Of a stretch of DNA of 60,859 bases, positions 37,947 to 46,564 are shown piece by piece (position 1 is the first letter of the stretch; each line of letters opens with the position of its first letter). Position numbers and translations under genes: made by a program. The stretch comes from a virus (lineage: Duplodnaviria; Caudoviricetes). The stretch spans positions 1 to 60,859 of IMG/VR virus record IMGVR_UViG_3300027896_000043. One strand, 5' to 3'. A model generated the notes under the pieces. That model saw only the letters and a program-made list of their open reading frames with translations, was not told the DNA's origin and made no database searches.

Positions 37947-38921
37947 ATGTCGTCGCTATTGCTCCAGTCAGAATTACAAGGTATTTTAGATCAAGCATTT
38001 CGAGAAAATGGGCAATTGCGAACCGGAAACAATTATAAATTTCATTGTCCGTTTTGTTCTCACCGCAAACGAAAATTGGAAATTTGTTTAGATACGTATG
38101 TGTGGAATTGTTGGGTGTGTGGATCGAAAGGACGGAGTATTTATAGTCTTTTTAAAAAGATGCAGGTACAACCGTCATTAACGGAAAAATTAAAAAAAAT
38201 AATACCATACAATTCTGATTCGACTCAATTAAAAAAATCCAACATAGAATTATTTTCACCATTCTCAGAAAAAAAGATTGAGCCCCAACATACACTCCAA
38301 TTACCAATCGAATTTAGTAGTTTGTTGGAACCAAATAAATCTTTTGGTTATCAATCTGCACTTAAATATGCAAAAAAACGTGGAATAAGTAAATGGGATA
38401 TAATAAAATATAATATAGGATACTGCGATTCGGGAGAATATAAGGATCGATTGATATTTCCCTCATACGACGAAAATAACAAACTCAATTTTTTTACTGG
38501 TCGCAGTTATCACGTTGACACATACTTAAAATACAAAAATCCAGAAGTTGATCGAAATATAATTGGGTTTGAAAATTTAATCGATTTTTCATATCCAATA
38601 TCTTTATGTGAAGGACCATTGGATGCCATCGCAATAAAAAGAAATGCAATACCATTATTCGGAAAAACCATGAGTCAAAAATTGAAGCAAATAATATCCA
38701 CCGACAAAGTATCGGAAGTTTTTATTGTATTAGATTCTGACGCATTAAAGATGGCAATTAAACATGCCGATTTTTTGCTTGCTCATGGTAAAACTGTAAA
38801 ATTGGTAAATTTGAACGGAAAAGATCCGAATGTGCTTGGGTTTGAAGAAACGACTCGACAATTAAGAGAAACTCCCGAAATAAATTTTTCGGAATTAATG
38901 AAGCTCAAACTTAAAATATGA
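37947..38921 (+). CDS. DNA primase (Zn-binding domain plus TOPRIM)
   Basis: CPFC..CWVC, RLIFP, FTGRS, KYKNP, CEGPLDA, VLDSDA, KDPN. Confidence 0.9.
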   Translation: MSSLLLQSELQGILDQAFRENGQLRTGNNYKFHCPFCSHRKRKLEICLDTYVWNCWVCGSKGRSIYSLFKKMQVQPSLTEKLKKIIPYNSDSTQLKKSNIELFSPFSEKKIEPQHTLQLPIEFSSLLEPNKSFGYQSALKYAKKRGISKWDIIKYNIGYCDSGEYKDRLIFPSYDENNKLNFFTGRSYHVDTYLKYKNPEVDRNIIGFENLIDFSYPISLCEGPLDAIAIKRNAIPLFGKTMSQKLKQIISTDKVSEVFIVLDSDALKMAIKHADFLLAHGKTVKLVNLNGKDPNVLGFEETTRQLRETPEINFSELMKLKLKI

Positions 38922-38957
38922 GCAGACAAACAACAACTTGTAACGCCGTACTAAATT

Positions 38958-41900
38958 ATGATTGATTCCTACGAAAAACTAAATATTGGATTTGATAAAA
39001 TCGATCAAATTTTACACGTTGCCGACATACATGTCAGATTGACAACACGACACGATGAATATCGTGAAGCATTTCAAAAGTTATATGATTATGTGGACAC
39101 AAAACTGTCCAAAAATTCGATAATTGCCATACTCGGTGACAGTTTTCATTCGAAGTTAAACATGGCGCCAGAATCCATACAACTTGTATCCGAATTTTTC
39201 CGTAAATGTGCGGATCGCAGACCGACAATCGTTATTGCGGGTAATCACGACTGCCTTTTAACGAATAAAACTCGTTTGGATAGTATTTCTCCAATCGTAG
39301 ATAATATTGCACATAAAAACTTATTTTATCTCAAAGAATCAAAACTTTATGGTGCTGGAAATATTTTGTTTAATAACTTTAGTATTTTTGATGATCCATC
39401 AAAATATATTAAAATTCGGAATATAACAAAACGTCTTCAGCGAGAATTTGATATAAAAATTGCACTGTTTCATGGTCCGGTTCATGCAGCAAAAACAGAT
39501 ATTGGATTTACTATAAATAATAAATCTATTACAGCCGAAACGTTTGATGGTCATGATATCGCATTGCTCGGGGATATACATCTTGCACAAACGATGTATA
39601 TCGAAAAGGAAGTAAATAAAGAAGATATTCTACCGATAATAAATTCAGGAGAATGGGAAATTTTATGTAATCCAACCGAATCGACTCCAACATTTTCGGT
39701 ATCAAAAAAGTTTCCAATTTTAAGATTTTCGAGTAGTTTCTTACAGCAAAATTTCGGGGAATCACTGAAAGGACATGGATTTAGTGTTTGGAACATATCG
39801 ACGCGATCATTCGAGCACATTGAAATATCAAATGATTATGGATATTTCACAATTTTAATCGATAACGGAAAATTAATAACGGATATTTCAGATCTACCAA
39901 AAAAAGCAAAATTACGAGTACAGTGCCGAGAAAGTGTGGCAACAGAAGTAAAACGTGTTATTACGGATATTAGAAAAACCCACACATTATCAGAATTGGT
40001 ATATGTCAGATTAGAAGATGCTTCCACAGTTAACACCACGAAAACAATATCAAATTTATCACAAATCGGAAATGTTGATTATCAAAATAAATTGATCGGT
40101 GAGTATTTAAAAGATAAATTTCCAGATATAGACGAGTCCACATTGGATTCGGTGTTTAAAATTAACAACACATTAAATTCGGAAATAAATAAAGATGACC
40201 GTAGCCGAAACATTAGATGGAAACCGAAGAGATTGGAATTTGACAATTTATTTTCGTATGGCGAAGGAAACGTTTTAGATTTTACTAAATTGTCAGATGT
40301 ATATGGAATATTTTCTGCCAATGCGAGCGGAAAAAGTTCTCTCATGTCAATTTTAAGTTTCATAGCATTTGACAAATCCGATAAAGCATATAAAGCAAGT
40401 CATATAATAAACACAAAAAAAATGAACTTCCGTGGAAAGTTCACGTTTGAAGTAAATGACGTAGAATATTGCATCATTAGATCCGGGACACGAGATAAAA
40501 AAAACAACGTAAAGGTTGATGTAAATTTTTACAAAATCGTTGGCGGAGAAGAAGTTCCATTGAACGCAGAAGCTCGTCGTAGTACGAATGAAATAATTCG
40601 AGATTTTCTCGGTAATTATGACGACTTCATTCTTACTTCGTTGTCACTTCAAAATAATCGTGGATCATTTGTTGATATGGGACAAACCGAACGTAAGGAG
40701 TTATTATCACAATTCATAGGCATAACACTATTCGATAAATTAACATCAACGACAAACGAAAAAATAAAAGAACTTACTACCATATTAAAGGCATTTAATA
40801 AAGAGGATAATACGTCAAATGTAGCAAAATTAGAATTAGAATTTTCTGCTCTTTCATTGAAAGTTTTTGATTTAGAACTGAGTCAATCAAATAGTCAACT
40901 GGAAGTCGATAAAATAAATGAAGAAATCGAATCAAAATCAAAATCGATAACTAATTTATTGAATGTGCCGTCGATGTCGGAGGCTAGTAGTATTAAAACT
41001 GAAAAAATAGAGTTGATAGATAAAGTTTCCAACGCCAAAGAAAAAATAGAAAGTTGGAAATTGACACTGGAAAACGAAAAAATAGAGTTGGATCAATTAA
41101 TGACACGTAAGAACGAGTTGAGCTTAATGAGTCTGTCGGATAAAAAAATTGAAATAAATAATAAAACGAAACGATACAATACACTTGATAAAAATTTATC
41201 AGAACTGAAATATTCAGTATCCGAAAAATTAAAAAAATTGGCTCATTTAGAATTGCACAAATACGACCCAAATTGTAGTTTTTGTATGGATAATATTTTC
41301 GTGAAAGACGCAAAAGAAACCAGAAATGGACTTGAGAACGATAAACTTACAGTTAAATCGGTCGTGGGTGAGATGAAACAATTGTCGGCAGAATTACGTG
41401 AGCTGGAAAAGTTTCAATTGTTAATATCGGAAATGGATTGTATCCAATCAAAAATATCAGAACAAAATTCTGTTGTATCAAAAAAGCAACTGGACGTTAA
41501 TTCTGGAATATCTATGATCGACCGTTCCACCACTAGACTGATCAAAATTAATGAACAATTGGATCTTTATTCTAAATCTAAGGATATACTCGAAATAAAT
41601 GCAAAAATCGAACGTGAAATATTGGAATTAAAAGCTAAGCTCTCTCGGATAACAAATACACATAAAGAGTTAAATAAAGAACTATTGACATCGACCAGCC
41701 GAAAAGTTTCTGTCTCGGATAAAATTTCAAATATTAACACAAAAATTGAAGAAATAGAAAAGTATCAAGACGAAGTTGGATCATATGAATACTATTTATC
41801 GGCAATCGGCCCAAGTGGATTACAATACAAGATAATATCAAATGCTGTTCCGCAAATTGAGTCGGACGTAAACAATATATTATCACAAATCGTCGAGTTT

Positions 41901-42257
41901 ACATTGGAAATCGAAACAGATGGAAAAAATATAAACGTTTTTATTAAATATGACGATGGAAAATGGCCATTAGAATTGTGTTCTGGAATGGAAAAGTTCA
42001 TTTCCGGATTAGCATTACGTGTGGCTTTAATACGTATCAGTAATATGCCGAGACCAAATTTTATTTGTATAGATGAAGGAATGTCATCACTTGATGCGGA
42101 AAACATTCCAATGATGCACGCATTATTCGATTATTTAAAGACGAATTTTGATTTCATTATTGTAATAAGTCACTTGGATATTATGCGAGACATGGTGGAA
42201 AAGCAATTGGAAATATATAAAGAAAATGGATTTTCCAAAATTGATAACTCAAAATGA
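38958..42257 (+). CDS. Fused SbcD (Mre11/gp47) nuclease and SbcC (Rad50/gp46) ATPase
   Basis: ADIH, GDSFH, GNHD, FHG, GDIH, then Walker A ANASGKSS, coiled coil with CSFC hook, signature CSGMEK, Walker B CIDEG and ISH, all in one ORF. Confidence 0.92.
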   Translation: MIDSYEKLNIGFDKIDQILHVADIHVRLTTRHDEYREAFQKLYDYVDTKLSKNSIIAILGDSFHSKLNMAPESIQLVSEFFRKCADRRPTIVIAGNHDCLLTNKTRLDSISPIVDNIAHKNLFYLKESKLYGAGNILFNNFSIFDDPSKYIKIRNITKRLQREFDIKIALFHGPVHAAKTDIGFTINNKSITAETFDGHDIALLGDIHLAQTMYIEKEVNKEDILPIINSGEWEILCNPTESTPTFSVSKKFPILRFSSSFLQQNFGESLKGHGFSVWNISTRSFEHIEISNDYGYFTILIDNGKLITDISDLPKKAKLRVQCRESVATEVKRVITDIRKTHTLSELVYVRLEDASTVNTTKTISNLSQIGNVDYQNKLIGEYLKDKFPDIDESTLDSVFKINNTLNSEINKDDRSRNIRWKPKRLEFDNLFSYGEGNVLDFTKLSDVYGIFSANASGKSSLMSILSFIAFDKSDKAYKASHIINTKKMNFRGKFTFEVNDVEYCIIRSGTRDKKNNVKVDVNFYKIVGGEEVPLNAEARRSTNEIIRDFLGNYDDFILTSLSLQNNRGSFVDMGQTERKELLSQFIGITLFDKLTSTTNEKIKELTTILKAFNKEDNTSNVAKLELEFSALSLKVFDLELSQSNSQLEVDKINEEIESKSKSITNLLNVPSMSEASSIKTEKIELIDKVSNAKEKIESWKLTLENEKIELDQLMTRKNELSLMSLSDKKIEINNKTKRYNTLDKNLSELKYSVSEKLKKLAHLELHKYDPNCSFCMDNIFVKDAKETRNGLENDKLTVKSVVGEMKQLSAELRELEKFQLLISEMDCIQSKISEQNSVVSKKQLDVNSGISMIDRSTTRLIKINEQLDLYSKSKDILEINAKIEREILELKAKLSRITNTHKELNKELLTSTSRKVSVSDKISNINTKIEEIEKYQDEVGSYEYYLSAIGPSGLQYKIISNAVPQIESDVNNILSQIVEFTLEIETDGKNINVFIKYDDGKWPLELCSGMEKFISGLALRVALIRISNMPRPNFICIDEGMSSLDAENIPMMHALFDYLKTNFDFIIVISHLDIMRDMVEKQLEIYKENGFSKIDNSK

Positions 42258-42319
42258 ATATGATATCATAACCGATTTTCTGAGGTAACAATCTTCTCGG
42301 TTATTGATATTTATCCGGA

Positions 42320-44485
42320 ATGGCTGAAAAAACGTCTCAATTTGATACATCATTTAACTCCGGTGATTATTTCTTCGTCGGTGGAATATTCGATGAAACA
42401 TTTACTTCCGGCAGAAACTCATTCACTGTAAATTCTTCGGCGAAAGTTAAAGAGCGTATAACTGCCAATAATATTAAAATTTTTGACTCTTCCGGTAATA
42501 AATTACAAGTGTTTAATTTAATTCCAGCGGGATCAACTGGATATCAATATTCGGAAGGAAAGTCGCAAGTTTTTGGTGTGTTGGTTTATCCAGAAACCCC
42601 AAGCGGAGTCGGTAGAATAGAAATCACTGCCTCAGCGTTAGCCACCGAAGTTACTGGATCTATTGGATTGTCGCTTGATGCTCGATGGATTTCTGGCCAA
42701 TATACAAATTCTGGAACAGTTTCTCCAATTAAAATTACATGGTCGAAACCTATAAATTTTAATTCATCTCTACAAAACAAATCGACGGTTCGATTTTTTG
42801 ATTCTCCAAAATTGGAAACCAATACCGAAATATATGACGTTAAAATTCGATCCGGATGTTCAGCAACTTCAGTGATTGGATCATGTTCATCGGTTGCATC
42901 AATTCCAGCAGATGGACAGTCGGCAGATTTTAATTACAATATTATACCAGTAAAATATATTATAAATAGAATTTCCGGTGATGTGTTTGATTCTTCGATG
43001 AATGGATCATATATTAGATTCACAAACATTGAGTCTACAAATTCCACGATAAACGTTGACGTTGTTTCAAAAATCGAATCAGTTTTAACCGAAAATTCAT
43101 TGTTATTAGAAAAACCAATAACAATATCAAAACCGGTATTGTCGGGTGCTACGAGCAAAGACGTACCATACATAGAAGAAACCGGTACAACTATTAAAAA
43201 ATATGAGTCATTTAATGAAACCGACATGTATTCTACTACGGCAAAATCTTCGGGAATACAATCCGAGCAAAATAAACAAGTATATAATGTTGGATTTTCT
43301 GGAATATCACACCGAAAAAATTATACCATCGTAAACATTAAATCTGCTAATTTTGAAATCGTTTATTCTCCACGAACAACGTCTATGATTTCGTCTGGGT
43401 TATCATATATCACGCCAAGCGGAGCACAATTTAATCGGAAGGTCTGTTTGTTAAAACTATATCTATCAGATTTACGTACATTGACCGGAGCAATTTCGAG
43501 ATATCGTGTCATAAAAAAAAGTTTAAATTTTCCAGAATCAGAACATTGTATATCGGAAGGTCCACTGTTACCATCTGAATTAATTTTTGATTGGTTTGCT
43601 GGAGAATATTATTCAAATCTCGGACGATTTTGTGACCTTTCAATAACTCAACTATATTGGTTATGTACGAGTGGAATTTCATATGAACATACGCCAAAAG
43701 ATTTAATTGATTCGATAACGATACATTCGGATGGAACATCGAACATTGATGAATCGAAATATGTAATATTAAAAAATAATCGAGGAGAGCCCGGCCGAAC
43801 TGTGAGTTATGTTCCATATATTATATCGGATGGATCGTGGTGGGCAACGAATTCTAATAAATTTGTTAACTTTTCAACCGAACCAACAACATCGTATGAT
43901 TGTTCTTTCATGTCTCCATATATTAACTCGATTGAAGTAGTAAAATCCGGATCCATCTTCAATAGTAATTTTGTTCAATTAACAAAAAATACAATGTATG
44001 AATTCTCAATGGAGTATTCAAATTTAACAAACACAAATTCAACGGACTATTCATTCGATGTATATTTTTGCACGACAAATAACGGTACACCGGAAAAAAT
44101 AAAAATTGGAAGCCTAAATGATAAATCGACTCGAAAATTTTCATCCGGAAAATATTCAAATAAGTTATTTGTACAGCGACAGATGTTTGGGACGATTCAG
44201 TTAATTCCTAAATATGTAACATCGATATCAATTGCAAATGTCAGCTTTAAACAATTTACCGACATAGCATATCCATTAGATTCGGCGATCATAACAACTC
44301 CACTTTCCGTTAAGGTAAAGAACGAAAACATTGAAATTACGGTAGAGTTATTAGATCTGGATGGAAAATTAGTACACGGAGAAAATTCTCCGTCGTTTAG
44401 CAATAATATTGCACTAAAACCATTAAAATCCACAGTCGTTGCCGATCCACATTGGTTTACATTGGAAGCATATGATAGATCTTGA
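42320..44485 (+). CDS. Hypothetical 721-aa late (probably virion) protein
   Basis: Ser/Thr-rich beta-type sequence (FTSGRNSF). TATTTAT 5 nt before the ATG. Confidence 0.6.
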   Translation: MAEKTSQFDTSFNSGDYFFVGGIFDETFTSGRNSFTVNSSAKVKERITANNIKIFDSSGNKLQVFNLIPAGSTGYQYSEGKSQVFGVLVYPETPSGVGRIEITASALATEVTGSIGLSLDARWISGQYTNSGTVSPIKITWSKPINFNSSLQNKSTVRFFDSPKLETNTEIYDVKIRSGCSATSVIGSCSSVASIPADGQSADFNYNIIPVKYIINRISGDVFDSSMNGSYIRFTNIESTNSTINVDVVSKIESVLTENSLLLEKPITISKPVLSGATSKDVPYIEETGTTIKKYESFNETDMYSTTAKSSGIQSEQNKQVYNVGFSGISHRKNYTIVNIKSANFEIVYSPRTTSMISSGLSYITPSGAQFNRKVCLLKLYLSDLRTLTGAISRYRVIKKSLNFPESEHCISEGPLLPSELIFDWFAGEYYSNLGRFCDLSITQLYWLCTSGISYEHTPKDLIDSITIHSDGTSNIDESKYVILKNNRGEPGRTVSYVPYIISDGSWWATNSNKFVNFSTEPTTSYDCSFMSPYINSIEVVKSGSIFNSNFVQLTKNTMYEFSMEYSNLTNTNSTDYSFDVYFCTTNNGTPEKIKIGSLNDKSTRKFSSGKYSNKLFVQRQMFGTIQLIPKYVTSISIANVSFKQFTDIAYPLDSAIITTPLSVKVKNENIEITVELLDLDGKLVHGENSPSFSNNIALKPLKSTVVADPHWFTLEAYDRS

Positions 44486-44571
44486 ATGATCCGGAATTGA
44501 TCGGGATATATTTTCTCTGTTTTTTCTCAGTTTTTCTCTGTTTTTGTTTACTATCCAATATATATTGAAAC

Positions 44572-44727
44572 ATGGATAATGCAGAATATCAAAAAACTCG
44601 TAGAAAAACCAGAAAGAAAATTGGATGGAAATATTTTTCTGTCCAAGTTCCAGCGGAATTCTATATAGAGTTACGTAAATTTTATTTACGATGGAAGTTG
44701 GAGAATATCAACAATCAGCATAAATAA
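44572..44727 (+). CDS. Small basic protein, 51 aa, possibly DNA-binding (not in ORF track)
   Basis: MDNAEYQKTRRKTRKKIGWKYFSVQVPAEFYIELRKFYLRWKLENINNQHK*. Confidence 0.5.
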   Translation: MDNAEYQKTRRKTRKKIGWKYFSVQVPAEFYIELRKFYLRWKLENINNQHK

Positions 44728-44796
44728 ATAACGGAGCTGAGAACGGTTCATTCAAGATACAGAGAAAATATAAAACATATAAAGGACGCAAACTAA

Positions 44797-45420
44797 ATGA
44801 AACATTGTAACGGACAATCTAATCTTTCGATAGTAAAATCGTATTTAGCAGGAGAACGACCACTAACGGTTGTTGGTTATACAGCTCCAATCGAAGAAAA
44901 GCACGAAATCGGAGATAAGTGGACCGATTCATCTGGAAAACATTGGGAGCAAACCGCTGGAGGTCCATCTCGACAAACTCCCGTTATGGATATTATCCGA
45001 GCAGAACTAAACGATATTTGCTCATGTTGTGGAGCTGAAATTCGCTGGGGCGATAGATATGATCGTAAGTTCTATCACAAAACCGGTAAGTGTTTTAATT
45101 GTCTAATTCAAGAAGAAACCCAACTCCGAATCAAGGGAAAATATAAGTTATATGAACAAAAGAAAGTATTTCAAAATCAACGTTCATATCTTCTAGATAT
45201 TCGTAAGAAACTACGTGAGGCATTCGATTATACAAAGGAACATACGGAGATTACATTCGTCAATTCTAACGGATTCGTTGAGTCGTGGGAAAATAACGCA
45301 CGAGACGACTTATTGTCAGGTCTAAAGAAAGATTTCGTTAAATGCTTAAAAACAATTAAAGAAGTTGAATCTGCTATTGTAGATATCGATAAACAAATTA
45401 ATTCCACGATAAATGGCTGA
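44797..45420 (+). CDS. Conserved Zn-finger protein immediately upstream of terminase
   Basis: GDKWTDSSGKHW, CSCC..CFNC. Its stop overlaps the terL start. Confidence 0.65.
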   Translation: MKHCNGQSNLSIVKSYLAGERPLTVVGYTAPIEEKHEIGDKWTDSSGKHWEQTAGGPSRQTPVMDIIRAELNDICSCCGAEIRWGDRYDRKFYHKTGKCFNCLIQEETQLRIKGKYKLYEQKKVFQNQRSYLLDIRKKLREAFDYTKEHTEITFVNSNGFVESWENNARDDLLSGLKKDFVKCLKTIKEVESAIVDIDKQINSTING

Positions 45421-45997
45421 AACACAAGATTTACGGGCACTACTTAAACTAGAATATGCGAGATGTGCAAAAGATCCAGTATATTTTATGCGCAAATATG
45501 TTAAGATTCAGCATCCAGTGCGTGGTACCATTCCGTTTTTAACTTATAAATTCCAAGACGAAGCCGTTGCGGATTTTGGGAAGCATAGAAAAAATATAGT
45601 TCTAAAATCTAGACAGATGGGCATTACAACCCTCGTTGCAGCATATTCACTGTGGTTGATGGTTTTTCACGAAGACAAGGAAATCTTATGCATTTCTATC
45701 ACACAAGAAACCGCAAAAACTATTGTAACCAAAGTTAGATTTGCCAACGACAATCTTCCGTCGTGGTTAAAGGTGAAAGAAGTTACGGACAATCAATTGT
45801 CACTACGATTGGAAAATGGTTCACAAATTAAAGCGGCAAGTTCGGCTGGGTCTTCTAGCCGTGGATCGGCCCTATCACTTTTGATTATTGACGAATGCTT
45901 GGATTTTCACACCAAAATTACTCTACGAAATAAAAAAACCGGACAAGAAAAAATTGTACCAATCGGAGAAGTCTATGAGCAAGAAAATTACAGTTAG
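45413..45997 (+). CDS. terL: Terminase large subunit N-fragment (161 aa) fused to a 33-aa split-intein N-part
   Basis: CAKDPVYF, IQHPVRG, FQ, LKSRQMGITT (Walker A region), LENGSQI, LLIIDE (Walker B), then CLDFHTKITLRN..IGEVY. Confidence 0.92.
   Translation: MAETQDLRALLKLEYARCAKDPVYFMRKYVKIQHPVRGTIPFLTYKFQDEAVADFGKHRKNIVLKSRQMGITTLVAAYSLWLMVFHEDKEILCISITQETAKTIVTKVRFANDNLPSWLKVKEVTDNQLSLRLENGSQIKAASSAGSSSRGSALSLLIIDECLDFHTKITLRNKKTGQEKIVPIGEVYEQENYS
45896..45994 (+). mobile_element. Split intein, N-part (IntN, 33 aa)
   Basis: Block A CLDFHTKITL directly after DE, then KIVPIGEVY and TAG TAA. Confidence 0.85.
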
Positions 45998-46226
45998 TAA
46001 AACATAGAAAATGTTACTTTTTCTAGATTTGAACCTAAAAAATCCCGGATTTTTTACATCCGTTAGCAAAACCCTATAACTGTGATTTATCAAAACGACG
46101 AAAGAATACCCCTTGGTCTTTAGCCAAGGGGTAGTTCACAAAAGCAAAAACCAAAGCCGCAATTACATATTCCAAAAAATGGGATATCTATCATACAAAA
46201 TTTTATTTGAAACAAAATCCATATGA
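45975..46226 (+). pseudogene. Decayed free-standing endonuclease remnant between the terL halves
   Basis: ATG at 45975 overlaps the IntN end. The 3' part reads AKTKAAITYSKK(1-nt frameshift)MGYLSYKILFETKSI*, like a TnsA/PD-(D/E)XK C-terminus, and its TGA overlaps the ATG at 46223. Confidence 0.5.
46101..46139 (+). mobile_element. IS200/IS605-family right-end hairpin remnant
   Basis: AAAGAA-TACCCCTTGG-TCTTTAG-CCAAGGGGTA-GTTCAC: perfect 10-bp stem, GAAT at the 5' foot of the stem, TCAC terminus. Confidence 0.65.
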
Positions 46227-46564
46227 GCCTAGACTACAAAGACGTCAGTGAATGGGAAGTAATGACTCCAACCGGTTGGCAATCATTTTCCGGAATAAAG
46301 AAAACTACCAAGAAAAAATACATATTGTTGGAATTTGCCTCCGGGAAAACATTAAAATGCTCCACCGGGCATAAATTGAAGCGGTGGGATGGAGTTTTTG
46401 TTGATACTACCAGAATTCGGGAAGGAACCAAAATTATCGACGTTGGAGGAGAACTTGACACCGTAATCAACAAGAAACCAATTCTGGACCCAATTGACGT
46501 ATATGATTTAGTTGAAGTAGAAAATGGCCATGAATATTTGACAAATGGGCTCGTTTCGTCTAAT
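46223..46564 (+). mobile_element. Split intein, C-part (IntC, 114 aa)
   Basis: WEVMTPTGWQSF, block B KCSTGHKL, block F VYDLVEVENGHEY, block G NGLVSSN with +1 Cys. Confidence 0.88.

Noticed and set aside
45995-46222. Stop-codon reassignment, readthrough or a simple sequencing frameshift explaining the terL break
   Set aside because: The halves are in the same frame but separated by five stops of all three types. All other genes are intact under the standard code, and the break falls inside an intein with a proper new ATG.
45998-46222. Group I intron or IStron joining the terL halves at the RNA level
   Set aside because: No recognisable P7/catalytic core sequences, the segment is short and AT-rich, and the IS-like end terminates in C rather than an omega-G.
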